Positions 46,878 through 56,233 of a stretch of DNA of 58,578 nucleotides are shown here, piece after piece; the first letter of the stretch is position 1; every line of letters starts with the position of its first letter. Both the position numbers and the translations under genes were made by a program. The DNA is from a virus. Taxonomy: Duplodnaviria; Caudoviricetes. The stretch covers positions 1 to 58,578 of IMG/VR virus record IMGVR_UViG_3300008107_000057, one strand, 5' to 3'. The notes beneath the pieces are model-generated. The model ran no database searches and was not told the origin of the DNA. It was given only the letters and a program-made list of their open reading frames with translations.

Positions 46878-49241
46878 ATGGACTCACAAAAAAGCATCGC
46901 TACAGACTTATTTTACAAAATTAGAAGCCGTTTCACAGGACTGAAACTTGGTGAAAGCGCAGGTGCGGTTACTATTAACCCGGAATCTGCTGTGTTTTTT
47001 GATTTTGATTATATCGATGAAGATATTGCTCTTGGGCATGTTAGCATTAGTCTAGCAGAACCTACATCGATGAAAGTATATTTCAGTAATGGTATTACTG
47101 AACAAATGAATATCGTACAAAAAGAAAAATGGTATGGTTTTCTAAGAGAATTGCGCCAGTTTGCAAAACGCAGATTGCTTACCTTTGATACTAGAGATGT
47201 TGCCAAAGACAATCTTGATCAAAGAGACTTTGCTTTTTTGAGTCAGTATAATAAGCCACAGAATATCGGAGAATCAGTTATGAATGGAAACGGTCTATAT
47301 GGATCAAAGACTGTTAGCTATCAAAAGCTAATGGACACACGCTTGATCATCAAGCACGTTAATGCGCTTACAGATGATCAGCAGCCAGGAGCACGAAGCA
47401 GAAATATTGGTGCTTTATTTATTGAGAACCAACACGGTGAACGTTTTAAATATCCGTTCATTCATCTAGCAGGTGCTCGTGCTATGCAACGTCACGTCGC
47501 AAATGGCGGAGTTCCATACGATGACCTTGGCAAAAGTATAGTTGGTATGAGTGAGCAAATTGCTCAATTGAAAGGGTTTGGCAACTATGTTGTTAGAAAC
47601 GATTTACTTAACTCTGATACAAACAGTATCTACGAACGCAGTGCAGATGCACTAAATGGATTACGCGAGCAAATCGCAAAATTATCTAAACAGGCTTACT
47701 ACGAGCAATATAAAGAATCATTCCAGGCTCCGGATAGTTTCGAGATTCCCGAAGACGTTGTAGAAGACTTCACAGAAAAATTCACTGTCAAAAATTTCAA
47801 AGAGGACATTAAGTCCGTATTTCCAATTCTATACAGACTTATGAAGGAAGAGTCCAGATTAGGCTATGACGACATAGTCGCCATGACAGGGCAAGAACAA
47901 GCAGACGAACAAATTGAATCTGCACAAGTTGATCCGTTTGCACAATTTGAAAGTTGGGCAATGACATTAGGTGAAGCAAGTGCTGTTCAAAGTCAAGATC
48001 CACAAGAACGTACACTAGCAATTCAAAAATTAAACGAATTAACATTACAATCATTTCCGGCTGGTGAAAGCGGACTGAATGCTATTACAAGTCTTGAGGG
48101 AATCATCGAAGATAAAGAATTATATGATGCATTTAAGGCAGCAGGCGTAGAGGAATCAAACACAGATGTTCGTCCATTCATTCAAGTATGGTTGCAACAG
48201 AATGCTCCAGACGTATTGTCAGAAGTTGATTTTGGTGATTTAGCAAATGCAGATGCTAGTACACAACAAGAGGGCTCCGGCGACCAACAAATTAAACCCG
48301 GCATGAAAACTCAATACGGAACTGTAGTGTCTGTAGAAGGAAATACAGTAACAGTAGATGCCGGCAATGGTGATTTAACCACGGTTAATATTCACGATAT
48401 AGAGCAAGGCATTGACGAAGCAGCCGAAGGTAAGCCGGCATTTCCAAAAAACACCGACTATGGCTACGATGGCAATAACTGGGATGAGTGGAAGAGCTCC
48501 CCAGGATATGCAGAATATCGTGCTGCTACAGATGCGTGGAGTAAAGCTGACAAAGCATGGCGAGCAAAAGAAGCACGTAAGTATGACACAACAATGTGGA
48601 TCTCAAATCCGCACTTTGACGTAAACGGTCCCGAAGACGAAGAAGATCCTGACTTCCAAGCAGAAGAACTTGAAGTAGGAGTAGATTATTCTAGCGAAAC
48701 AACGGGCGAATATCGTGCAGCAACATGGGGATATCATGGTGGTGAGCCAGAAGAGCATCCAGAAACCGAATACGAAATTACAAAAATTGTTGATATTGAC
48801 ACAGGTAAGGATCTTACCGATGACAGCTCAGTATTTGATCTAGTATATGAAAAACTCGACGATGAACAATACGAATCGATCGATCCTAAGAACAAACAAG
48901 ACTACGAACGTCCGGCAATAGATCGTAAAAAAGCAGGACAGCCGCCTTTGACTATGAAAGACGTTAAGGACAAAGATGAAAAATCCGAACGTGATCGTAA
49001 ATCTCGTGCAGGCGTTAACGTACAAGAAGTAGCAGAATTTATCTACAGTTTTTATGATAAAAAGACCAACACTTTCCCTAAAGGTCCAGAAAGCGTAGCT
49101 ACAATGACCGGAAAGAAGTTTGGTGAACAGGCAGAAGCAATGGCGAGAAAACTAGCAGAAAGACTAGCACCACAGCAAAGTCCACAGGCAGATCCAAGAC
49201 TTGCAGAAATTGCAAGAATTAAACAATTGTCAGGCATGTAA
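46878..49241 (+). CDS. large modular hypothetical protein, possibly packaged in the head
   Basis: 787 aa; TAAATA 4 nt upstream; C-terminal IARIKQLSGM resembles the gp22 C-terminus. Confidence 0.7.
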   Translation: MDSQKSIATDLFYKIRSRFTGLKLGESAGAVTINPESAVFFDFDYIDEDIALGHVSISLAEPTSMKVYFSNGITEQMNIVQKEKWYGFLRELRQFAKRRLLTFDTRDVAKDNLDQRDFAFLSQYNKPQNIGESVMNGNGLYGSKTVSYQKLMDTRLIIKHVNALTDDQQPGARSRNIGALFIENQHGERFKYPFIHLAGARAMQRHVANGGVPYDDLGKSIVGMSEQIAQLKGFGNYVVRNDLLNSDTNSIYERSADALNGLREQIAKLSKQAYYEQYKESFQAPDSFEIPEDVVEDFTEKFTVKNFKEDIKSVFPILYRLMKEESRLGYDDIVAMTGQEQADEQIESAQVDPFAQFESWAMTLGEASAVQSQDPQERTLAIQKLNELTLQSFPAGESGLNAITSLEGIIEDKELYDAFKAAGVEESNTDVRPFIQVWLQQNAPDVLSEVDFGDLANADASTQQEGSGDQQIKPGMKTQYGTVVSVEGNTVTVDAGNGDLTTVNIHDIEQGIDEAAEGKPAFPKNTDYGYDGNNWDEWKSSPGYAEYRAATDAWSKADKAWRAKEARKYDTTMWISNPHFDVNGPEDEEDPDFQAEELEVGVDYSSETTGEYRAATWGYHGGEPEEHPETEYEITKIVDIDTGKDLTDDSSVFDLVYEKLDDEQYESIDPKNKQDYERPAIDRKKAGQPPLTMKDVKDKDEKSERDRKSRAGVNVQEVAEFIYSFYDKKTNTFPKGPESVATMTGKKFGEQAEAMARKLAERLAPQQSPQADPRLAEIARIKQLSGM

Positions 49242-49258
49242 CATTTTAATGTAAAAAG

Positions 49259-49283
49259 AAAAAGCTACTTCGGTAGCTTTTTT
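49259..49283 (+). terminator. rho-independent terminator
   Basis: AAAAAGCTAC-TTCG-GTAGCTTTTT (cUUCGg tetraloop). Confidence 0.88.
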
Positions 49284-49330
49284 CTTGACATAGTTTTGGT
49301 AAAAAAAAGCCAATTATATGTTGTTTTTAT

Positions 49331-49359
49331 TTGACACTGATAAATAAAAAGCGCATAAT
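49331..49359 (+). promoter_or_regulatory. nested sigma70-like and late promoters for gp32
   Basis: TTGACA (49331-36), 17-nt spacer, CATAAT (49354-59); TAAATA (49341-46) lies inside the spacer. Confidence 0.65.
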
Positions 49360-49417
49360 AACACATGTGCATAAGGCATAAAATACATTTTAAGGCATAA
49401 CATAGGAGGCATCTAAA

Positions 49418-50410
49418 ATGGCATCATTAGCAGAAATTCGTGCAAAACTTCAAGACGCACAAAACAAGGGTCCTAGCGGCTCACAACAAGGCGGCGGCGA
49501 CAACGCAATTTACCCCCACTGGAACATGCAAGAAGGCAAAGAAGCGACCATTCGCTTGTTAGCTGACGGCGACACTAATAACACTTTCTTCTGGGTAGAA
49601 CGTGCTATGATCAAACTAGAATTCAACGGCATCAAGGGTGAGACTGATTCTAGAAAAGTTCAAGTACAAGTACCATGTGTAGAAATGTATGGTCCAAACG
49701 AAGTTTGTCCAATCCTAAGCGAAGTTCGCGGTTGGTTCAAGGACAAGTCGTTGGAAGACATGGGTCGTAAATATTGGAAAAAGCGTAGTTACATTTTCCA
49801 AGGCTTTGTAGTAGATGATCCAATTGGTGAAGACAAAACACCAGAGAATCCAATCCGTAGATTCATCATCGGACCTCAAATTTATCAAATCATCCGTTCA
49901 GCATTAATGGATCCAGAGTTGGACGAATTGCCAACCGATGCACTAAAAGGTGTTGACTTCCGTATTGCTAAAACTAGCAAAGGCGGATTTGCTGACTATT
50001 CAACTTCTAAGTGGTCACGTCGCGAACGTGCTCTTAATGAAGCTGAACAAGCAGCAATTGCACAGCATGGTTTGTTTGATTTGAAAAGCTTCTTACCTAA
50101 GAAGCCAGGTGAAGTTGAACTCAAAGTAATCAAAGAAATGTTTGAAGCTAGCGTTGATGGTGAGGCATACGATCCAGCACGTTGGAGTCAATATTACAGA
50201 CCAGCAGGCGTGAGCCAAGCTACCGGCGATCCTTTGAAGCCGTCAGCACCACGTCATGACGAAGAGGAAGCAATGGCTGCACCAGCAGCATCATCTGCAC
50301 CAGTTACACCATCAGCACCAGCGGCTGCACCAGTTGAATCAGCTGGTTCGACAGATGGCGCAAGTCGTGCGCAAGACATTCTTGCCATGATTCGTAACCG
50401 TCAAAAGTAA
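49418..50410 (+). CDS. gp32: single-stranded DNA-binding protein
   Basis: A.IRLL.DGD...FFW, CVEM....CPI, YWKKRSY, G.DFRI.K..KGGFADYSTS; flexible C-tail; AGGAGG SD. Confidence 0.85.
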   Translation: MASLAEIRAKLQDAQNKGPSGSQQGGGDNAIYPHWNMQEGKEATIRLLADGDTNNTFFWVERAMIKLEFNGIKGETDSRKVQVQVPCVEMYGPNEVCPILSEVRGWFKDKSLEDMGRKYWKKRSYIFQGFVVDDPIGEDKTPENPIRRFIIGPQIYQIIRSALMDPELDELPTDALKGVDFRIAKTSKGGFADYSTSKWSRRERALNEAEQAAIAQHGLFDLKSFLPKKPGEVELKVIKEMFEASVDGEAYDPARWSQYYRPAGVSQATGDPLKPSAPRHDEEEAMAAPAASSAPVTPSAPAAAPVESAGSTDGASRAQDILAMIRNRQK

Positions 50411-50423
50411 TTGTAATAAACAA

Positions 50424-50452
50424 AGAGTATGGGCCAGTCCCATACTCTCTTT
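50424..50452 (+). terminator. hairpin / weak terminator or processing site after gp32
   Basis: AGAGTATGGG-CCAGT-CCCATACTCT perfect 10-bp stem with only a short U-tract. Confidence 0.5.
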
Positions 50453-50470
50453 GATTCTAGGAGAATAATA

Positions 50471-50665
50471 ATGGCAAAGAAACTAGCTAAATTAGCAAAA
50501 GTAAATGAATCATTTACTGTTAATCGTTATGATAACGGATTTATGATTGAAGTCGGCGGACGTGATTCTGAAAGTGAATGGAAGACCGCTAAAGTAATGT
50601 GTTCAACTGAAGCAGAGCTTTTTGAAGTAATTAAAGAAGCATTGGCAATGGAAGTGGACACCTAA
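50471..50665 (+). CDS. small hypothetical protein
   Basis: Start moved to ATG 50471 (AGGAG SD); 64 aa. Confidence 0.7.
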   Translation: MAKKLAKLAKVNESFTVNRYDNGFMIEVGGRDSESEWKTAKVMCSTEAELFEVIKEALAMEVDT

Positions 50666-50666
50666 T

Positions 50667-51746
50667 ATGACAAAAGCATTTGATATTTCAAAATTTCGTA
50701 AGACTCTAACAAAGAGTATCGAAGGTCTTGGTGTTGGATTTAACGATCCAACTGATTGGGTAGGCACGGGCAGTTATGCTCTTAACTATTTGATTAGTTC
50801 GGATTTCCATAAAGGTATTCCTTTGGGCAAAGTAACTGTATTTGCAGGCGAGTCAGGTGCAGGTAAGAGTTATTTTTGTTCAGGAAATATTATTAAAAAT
50901 GCACAAGCTCAGGGAATTTTTGTTGTCTTAGTTGACAGCGAAAACGCACTTGACGAAGCATGGCTCAAAGCATTAGGCGTTGATACAGCCGAAGATAAGT
51001 TGTTGAAACTTAATATGGCTATGATCGATGACGTTGCTCGTACTATTAGTGAGTTTATGAAAGAATACAAAACAATGGATGAAACTACTCGTCCTAAGGT
51101 ATTGTTTGTCATTGACTCTTTAGGTATGTTGTTAACACCGACTGATGTTAATCAATTCGAAGCAGGCGAAATGAAAGGTGATATGGGTCGTAAGCCTAAA
51201 GCACTTACAAGTCTTGTTCGTAATTCTGTTAACATGTTTGGCAGTTATAATGTCGGAATGATCTGTACTAATCACACATACGCAAGTCAAGATATGTTTG
51301 ATCCAGACGATAAAATTTCAGGTGGCCAAGGCTTTATCTATGCATCATCGATAGTAGTTGCTATGCGTAAACTAAAGTTGAAGACTGATGCAGACGGTAA
51401 TAAGACTACAACTGTAAACGGTATTCGTGCAGCCTGTAAAATTATGAAAACACGATATGCAAAACCGTTTGAAAGTGTGCAAGTTGAAATTCCTTATGAG
51501 ACAGGTATGAACCCGTATAGCGGTTTGACAGACTTGTTCGAAGCAAGAGGGTTGCTCAAGAAAGAAGGAAATAGTCTTGTATACACCACAGCCGACGGCG
51601 AAATTATCAAACAATTCCGCAAGGCCTGGGAACGCAACGAATCCGGAAGTCTTGATACAGTGATGGCTGACATTATTAAAAATGGTGAATCAGCACCAAT
51701 TGTGATAACTAATAATGAAGAAGTTGAAACGGAGATTACTGAATGA
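50667..51746 (+). CDS. uvsX: RecA-like recombinase
   Basis: TGSYALN..IS, GESGAGKS Walker A, DSENA, VIDSLG, TNHTY, SGG.G..YASS. Confidence 0.93.
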   Translation: MTKAFDISKFRKTLTKSIEGLGVGFNDPTDWVGTGSYALNYLISSDFHKGIPLGKVTVFAGESGAGKSYFCSGNIIKNAQAQGIFVVLVDSENALDEAWLKALGVDTAEDKLLKLNMAMIDDVARTISEFMKEYKTMDETTRPKVLFVIDSLGMLLTPTDVNQFEAGEMKGDMGRKPKALTSLVRNSVNMFGSYNVGMICTNHTYASQDMFDPDDKISGGQGFIYASSIVVAMRKLKLKTDADGNKTTTVNGIRAACKIMKTRYAKPFESVQVEIPYETGMNPYSGLTDLFEARGLLKKEGNSLVYTTADGEIIKQFRKAWERNESGSLDTVMADIIKNGESAPIVITNNEEVETEITE

Positions 51747-51982
51747 AAGAAGATTTAATTGCAGACATCTGGAACTTAATGATTGAGCATATTCCAGAGA
51801 AATCTAGAAAAGATGTTGCCAGTGATTTTGTAAACACATTACTTGACTATGGTATTAAAGATTCTGTTATAGAAAGCCTATTGGGAATCGATCCATACTT
51901 GGATGATGCTATCAGTTATGCAATTGACGGTGACACCATCATTGACAGCAACGACGAAGAATACTACGAAGACGAAGAATGA
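51743..51982 (+). CDS. hypothetical acidic protein
   Basis: 79 aa, ATGA-coupled on both sides between uvsX and uvsY. Confidence 0.7.
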   Translation: MKEDLIADIWNLMIEHIPEKSRKDVASDFVNTLLDYGIKDSVIESLLGIDPYLDDAISYAIDGDTIIDSNDEEYYEDEE

Positions 51983-52434
51983 ATTGGTACGACAAAGTTT
52001 CTAAGGATATCAGCCACATACCTGATGCAGTAGCTTACTATGAGGCTGAACTTTTAGAAGCAAAGTTGGAATGTAGAATCTATGGCAACATAGAAAAAAA
52101 CAGTTCAGTAATGCCCGGTATTGTTGAGAATAGATTTAATCAACTACAAGAGATTGAAGCTGTTCTTGAATATCTAAACATAGAACTTCGTAGATTAAAG
52201 AGTCAGCACTTTCGTAAATATCTCGAAAGTTATCAGCGAGCATTGTCGTCTAGAGACTGTGAAAAGTTTGTAGACGGCGAAGCAGATGTTGTAGACTTTG
52301 AGAAAATTATTAATGAAGTTGCCTTACTACGTAATAAGTGGTTAGGCATTATTAAGTCATTGGATCAGAAGCAATGGCACTTAACTAATATTATTAAGTT
52401 AAGGGTCGCTGGATTGGAAGACGCCACTCTTTAA
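51979..52434 (+). CDS. uvsY: recombination mediator
   Basis: Helical 151-aa protein with ...KFVDGEADV...IIKSLDQKQW.L.NIIKLR.AG C-terminus typical of UvsY; next to uvsX. Confidence 0.78.
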   Translation: MNWYDKVSKDISHIPDAVAYYEAELLEAKLECRIYGNIEKNSSVMPGIVENRFNQLQEIEAVLEYLNIELRRLKSQHFRKYLESYQRALSSRDCEKFVDGEADVVDFEKIINEVALLRNKWLGIIKSLDQKQWHLTNIIKLRVAGLEDATL

Positions 52435-53263
52435 ATAAATCATCGTGCGGTACCTCACATGGATGGCCCTGGTAATACAGGGTCATCTCTTGAGCACTGC
52501 CATCAAACCATTCGTTGTGATTAAATTGCACCCATGCAACATGTTCGTGCCATGCATGTCGATTAACTGGCTCTGTGGGATCATTCCAATTATCTAGTGT
52601 GTGTTCACAGGCTACCCAAGTTGGACACGGTCCTAGACTAATTACTTTCTTTCCGTACCAAAATGCTTCAGCAGTAATTGCAGAACTGTAACTAACGACT
52701 AGATCGGCCCATTCAAAATCACCGTCGTCACCGAATACTCCTTTAAAGAGTCCGTTACCGTAATGTTGTATACCCTTCTTGCCTATCTTCAATCGAACCT
52801 TTACATTAGCACCCTGTGATTCAAAAAACTCTTTGAGCTGATTAGACCATACCACTGGATCAACTGTTGTAAAGATGCCTTGACTTTTTTTGCTAGGCGC
52901 AATCAATACATTCTTAATCTCCTTTACCTTCCATGGTTGGATGTCCAATCTAGTTGTATTCCATCTTTGGTAAGACGCATTACCAAATCGTGTACATGCA
53001 AATGAGTTAACTGCAACTCTAGCAGCAAATCTTTTTGTTTCTAACCACGACCCTATATAAGGTCGATTAATGGCAATATATGGACGTTTTGCAGCCATCC
53101 ATTCTCCAATAAGTCCCAATGGATTTGCAGGCACAACTAATGGTATTTCTGGGTTCGCTAGTGCTATATCGTCAACTACTATCAATTGATGAGTAAACCG
53201 TTTCCATCCGTTAATGAACTGTTCGTCGAATTCTCTAGATAGTATTTGAAACTGTTTCGTCAT
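52394..53263 (-). CDS. KpsC/KpsS-like (GT-B) capsule-modifying or glycosyltransferase-like protein
   Basis: ADLVVSYSS...AEAFWYGK and R.AW..HVAWVQF...E..DG.A, shared with 54726 and 56193. Start moved to ATG 53263, 5 nt after TAAATA. Confidence 0.55.
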   Translation of the reverse strand: MTKQFQILSREFDEQFINGWKRFTHQLIVVDDIALANPEIPLVVPANPLGLIGEWMAAKRPYIAINRPYIGSWLETKRFAARVAVNSFACTRFGNASYQRWNTTRLDIQPWKVKEIKNVLIAPSKKSQGIFTTVDPVVWSNQLKEFFESQGANVKVRLKIGKKGIQHYGNGLFKGVFGDDGDFEWADLVVSYSSAITAEAFWYGKKVISLGPCPTWVACEHTLDNWNDPTEPVNRHAWHEHVAWVQFNHNEWFDGSAQEMTLYYQGHPCEVPHDDLFKEWRLPIQRPLT

Positions 53264-53302
53264 ATCAGTATTTACTAGAAAACTGACCACATAAATAACA
53301 GC
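53264..53302. promoter_or_regulatory. back-to-back divergent late promoters
   Basis: Minus-strand TAAATA at 53274-53269 and plus-strand TAAATA at 53292-53297, each 5 nt from an ATG. Confidence 0.6.
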
Positions 53303-54055
53303 ATGAAACGTATTGTACTAATCACAGGCGGATTCGATCCCCTACACTCAGGTCACATTGCTTACTTTAAAGCAGCCAAAGAACTCGGTGATATGCTTAT
53401 TGTTGGCGTTAACTCTGACGAATGGCTTCGTCGAAAGAAAGGGCAAGAATTTATGCCCTGGGAAGAACGAGCAACTATAATTGCAGCTCTACAAGACGTT
53501 GATAGAGTTATTAACTTTGACGACAGCGATAATAGTGCTAAAGATGCTATTAGAAAAGTTAGAAAGATTCATCCACAATCTCATATTATCTTTGCCAATG
53601 GTGGAGATCGAACAAAGACAAATATTCCAGAAATGGATGTACTTAAGGAAATGCTTCATGTAGAATTTGTCTTTGGCGTCGGCGGAGAGGACAAAAAGAA
53701 TTCAAGCAGTTGGATCTTACAAGAGTGGAAAGCACCTAAGACTATTCGTCCTTGGGGATATTATAGAGTACTGCATACGGTAGGCGATAATGTTAAAGTC
53801 AAAGAATTAACAGTCGATCCTGGAAAAACTCTAAGTATGCAGAGACATAAACATCGAGCCGAACTTTGGTTTGTTGCTGAAGGCCAAGCTGCATTAAATT
53901 GGGAATATGGCGGTGAAAGAATTGACGTATACAAACAAGAAACTATTAATGTTGGCGAATGGCATCAATTACAGAACCCAACAGATAAACCGCTGCGGGT
54001 TATTGAAATACAATACGGTGAACAATGCGACGAAGAGGACATTGAAAGAAAATGA
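53303..54055 (+). CDS. cytidylyltransferase-family nucleotidyltransferase fused to a mannose-6-phosphate-isomerase-type cupin
   Basis: TGGFDPLHSGH (HxGH), GVNSD.WL.RKK, FANGGDR; then RPWGYY...LSMQRH.HRAE.W...IEIQYG...EEDIER. Confidence 0.85.
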   Translation: MKRIVLITGGFDPLHSGHIAYFKAAKELGDMLIVGVNSDEWLRRKKGQEFMPWEERATIIAALQDVDRVINFDDSDNSAKDAIRKVRKIHPQSHIIFANGGDRTKTNIPEMDVLKEMLHVEFVFGVGGEDKKNSSSWILQEWKAPKTIRPWGYYRVLHTVGDNVKVKELTVDPGKTLSMQRHKHRAELWFVAEGQAALNWEYGGERIDVYKQETINVGEWHQLQNPTDKPLRVIEIQYGEQCDEEDIERK

Positions 54056-54729
54056 TTAAAGTTTTTATTGGATACGATCCTCGAGAGGCCATTGCATTTC
54101 ATGTGTGCTCTAACAGTATTATTAGACATGCGACCAGACCAGTTAGTATTACTCCACTAGCTCTTAATAATTTTAAAGATTATAAAGAAACACACATGGA
54201 TGGAAGTAACCAGTTTATCTATTCTAGATTTTTAACACCTGTATTATCTGACTTTATGGGATGGACATTGTTTATAGATGGTGATATGATTTTACGTGAG
54301 GATATTGTAAAACTTTGGGAATTACGAGACGACTCTAAAGCAGTTATGGTTGTCAAACACGATTATAAAACTAAGATGAATGAAAAATATCTTGGCAGTA
54401 AAAATGAAGATTATCCACGCAAGAATTGGTCAAGCGTTATTATGTGGAACTGCGGTCATCCTAAGAATAGAGTACTTACTCCGACATTTGTTGAACAAGC
54501 AACAGGAGCACAGTTACATAGATTTACATGGTTAGATGATTCCGATATTGGCCAATTGCCAACTGAATGGAATTGGTTAGATGTTGAATATGATCACAAT
54601 CCTAATGCGAATCTAGTTCACTATACCTTAGGTACTCCTTGTTTTCACGAGTTTGCTGACCAAGGTAGCTTTGCCGATGAATGGCACCGCGAGCGAATTT
54701 TAACTGAGTATTGTCAACAACGTCTATGA
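54052..54729 (+). CDS. GT-A glycosyltransferase (GT8-like)
   Basis: VFIGYDPRE, F.YSRFL.P, FIDGDM, YPRKNWSSV, LP.EWN, HYTLGTP. Confidence 0.8.
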   Translation: MIKVFIGYDPREAIAFHVCSNSIIRHATRPVSITPLALNNFKDYKETHMDGSNQFIYSRFLTPVLSDFMGWTLFIDGDMILREDIVKLWELRDDSKAVMVVKHDYKTKMNEKYLGSKNEDYPRKNWSSVIMWNCGHPKNRVLTPTFVEQATGAQLHRFTWLDDSDIGQLPTEWNWLDVEYDHNPNANLVHYTLGTPCFHEFADQGSFADEWHRERILTEYCQQRL

Positions 54730-55529
54730 ATTGGATCTTTTTAAATAATACCAAAAAATCACAGTACGTTGATATTTTTGCAGAAGGTAGTGGTTCTACT
54801 ATTACAAGTTATGATGACTTTGTCTATGAGTCTAGTAACAATCCCATTGTACTAAGAGGCATACTAAAAAAGAAAATAATACAGCAGTGTTGGGAAGATC
54901 GGCGAGATTTCTACTACATGGATACTGGTTATTTTGGAAACGAGATGTCAATTACTAATCCTAATGGTTATAAATTTTGGCATCGTATTGTTAAAAATAA
55001 TCTACAGCACGGTGAAATTATTACTAGACCTGATGACAGATGGTTACGATTAGGCAAAACTATTTCTAAATGGAAGCCACCTGGAAGAAAGATTATAATT
55101 GCTGCACCGGACGAAAAGCCATGCAAATTTTACGGTATTGATTTAGAGCAATGGTTAGAACAAACTGTAAACACAATCAAACAACATACTGATAGACCTA
55201 TTGTTATTCGACAGCGACCTGCAGACAGAATTGATAGAAAACAAAATATCCCCTTAACAGTAGCTCTTCAAGATGATGTGTTTGCATTGGTAACTTTTAA
55301 TAGTGTAGCATCAACTGAAGCAATTTTAAATGGAATTCCGGCATTTACATTGGCTCCAACAAATGCATCAAGTCCAGTGAGTCTGCAAGATTTAACCAAG
55401 ATAGAAACACCGTACTATCCAGACCGTGATAAATTATATGCATGGGCCTGTCATCTTGCATACGGGCAATTTCACACCGAAGAATTGCGTAATGGAATCG
55501 CAAAACATATATTAGAAGAATTAACATGA
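54726..55529 (+). CDS. KpsC/KpsS-like (GT-B) protein
   Basis: YMDTGYF, TDRPIVIR, LVTFNS....EAILNGIPAF, WACHLAYGQF..EELRNG; ATGA coupling at 54726. Confidence 0.6.
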   Translation: MNWIFLNNTKKSQYVDIFAEGSGSTITSYDDFVYESSNNPIVLRGILKKKIIQQCWEDRRDFYYMDTGYFGNEMSITNPNGYKFWHRIVKNNLQHGEIITRPDDRWLRLGKTISKWKPPGRKIIIAAPDEKPCKFYGIDLEQWLEQTVNTIKQHTDRPIVIRQRPADRIDRKQNIPLTVALQDDVFALVTFNSVASTEAILNGIPAFTLAPTNASSPVSLQDLTKIETPYYPDRDKLYAWACHLAYGQFHTEELRNGIAKHILEELT

Positions 55530-56233
55530 AACTACACTTTGTAACAAGTATCTCAAAAAATTATTGGAACTCTACCGCCAAGTATTGTATCCCTACTTGG
55601 CAGTTACCTGGAGACGTAACAATCTTTGTCGATCAATCCGGGGGTGATTTAGATTGGATCTACGATGTTCCCTTCCATAAAGAACTGTTACATGTTCCAG
55701 AGTTAAAAACTCGGGGCGCGGAACGCTCAAAGGTAAGAAAATTTTGGGGTAAAGCATCAGCACAATTAGAGGCAGTGCGTAACAGGGGTGTAGATGAACG
55801 CATTATTTGGATTGATGCAGATGTCGAACAAACGGGGGTGTTAACTGCTGATATGTTTGATTTTGAATTCAGCGAACCGTTAGCAATGATGTACTCTGGT
55901 GATAAGGAAGATTGTTGGGAAACCGGTATTGTTATCTTTAATCAGCGATTTGGAAAAATAAACATTGTTGCTAGGCAGTACGAACGTATATGGAATGATG
56001 ATGATGAATTAATGGCTCTATTTCGCCCCTATGATGCGCAGGTACTGGGTCATGTAGCTGAATCACGCACGTTTTTAAATTTATGTAATTCACCCTGTGA
56101 AAACATAGATGCGCTGAAAAATACTAGGTTTAACGGCCTCTTAACGCATTGGATTAACAAAGATAACAAGCAAAAACTTCGAGAATTAAAAGATGGCTCT
56201 AAAAGTAGCGATATACCACAAGTCGATTCCTAA
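55526..56233 (+). CDS. putative GT-A nucleotide-diphospho-sugar transferase
   Basis: KFWGK, IWIDAD (DxD), ETG.V.FN, YDAQV and a late His (LTHW). Confidence 0.6.
   Translation: MKLHFVTSISKNYWNSTAKYCIPTWQLPGDVTIFVDQSGGDLDWIYDVPFHKELLHVPELKTRGAERSKVRKFWGKASAQLEAVRNRGVDERIIWIDADVEQTGVLTADMFDFEFSEPLAMMYSGDKEDCWETGIVIFNQRFGKINIVARQYERIWNDDDELMALFRPYDAQVLGHVAESRTFLNLCNSPCENIDALKNTRFNGLLTHWINKDNKQKLRELKDGSKSSDIPQVDS

Noticed and set aside
45280-51746. Inteins or group I introns in terminase or UvsX
   Set aside because: Both have normal lengths and contiguous motifs, with no intein termini or LAGLIDADG insert visible.
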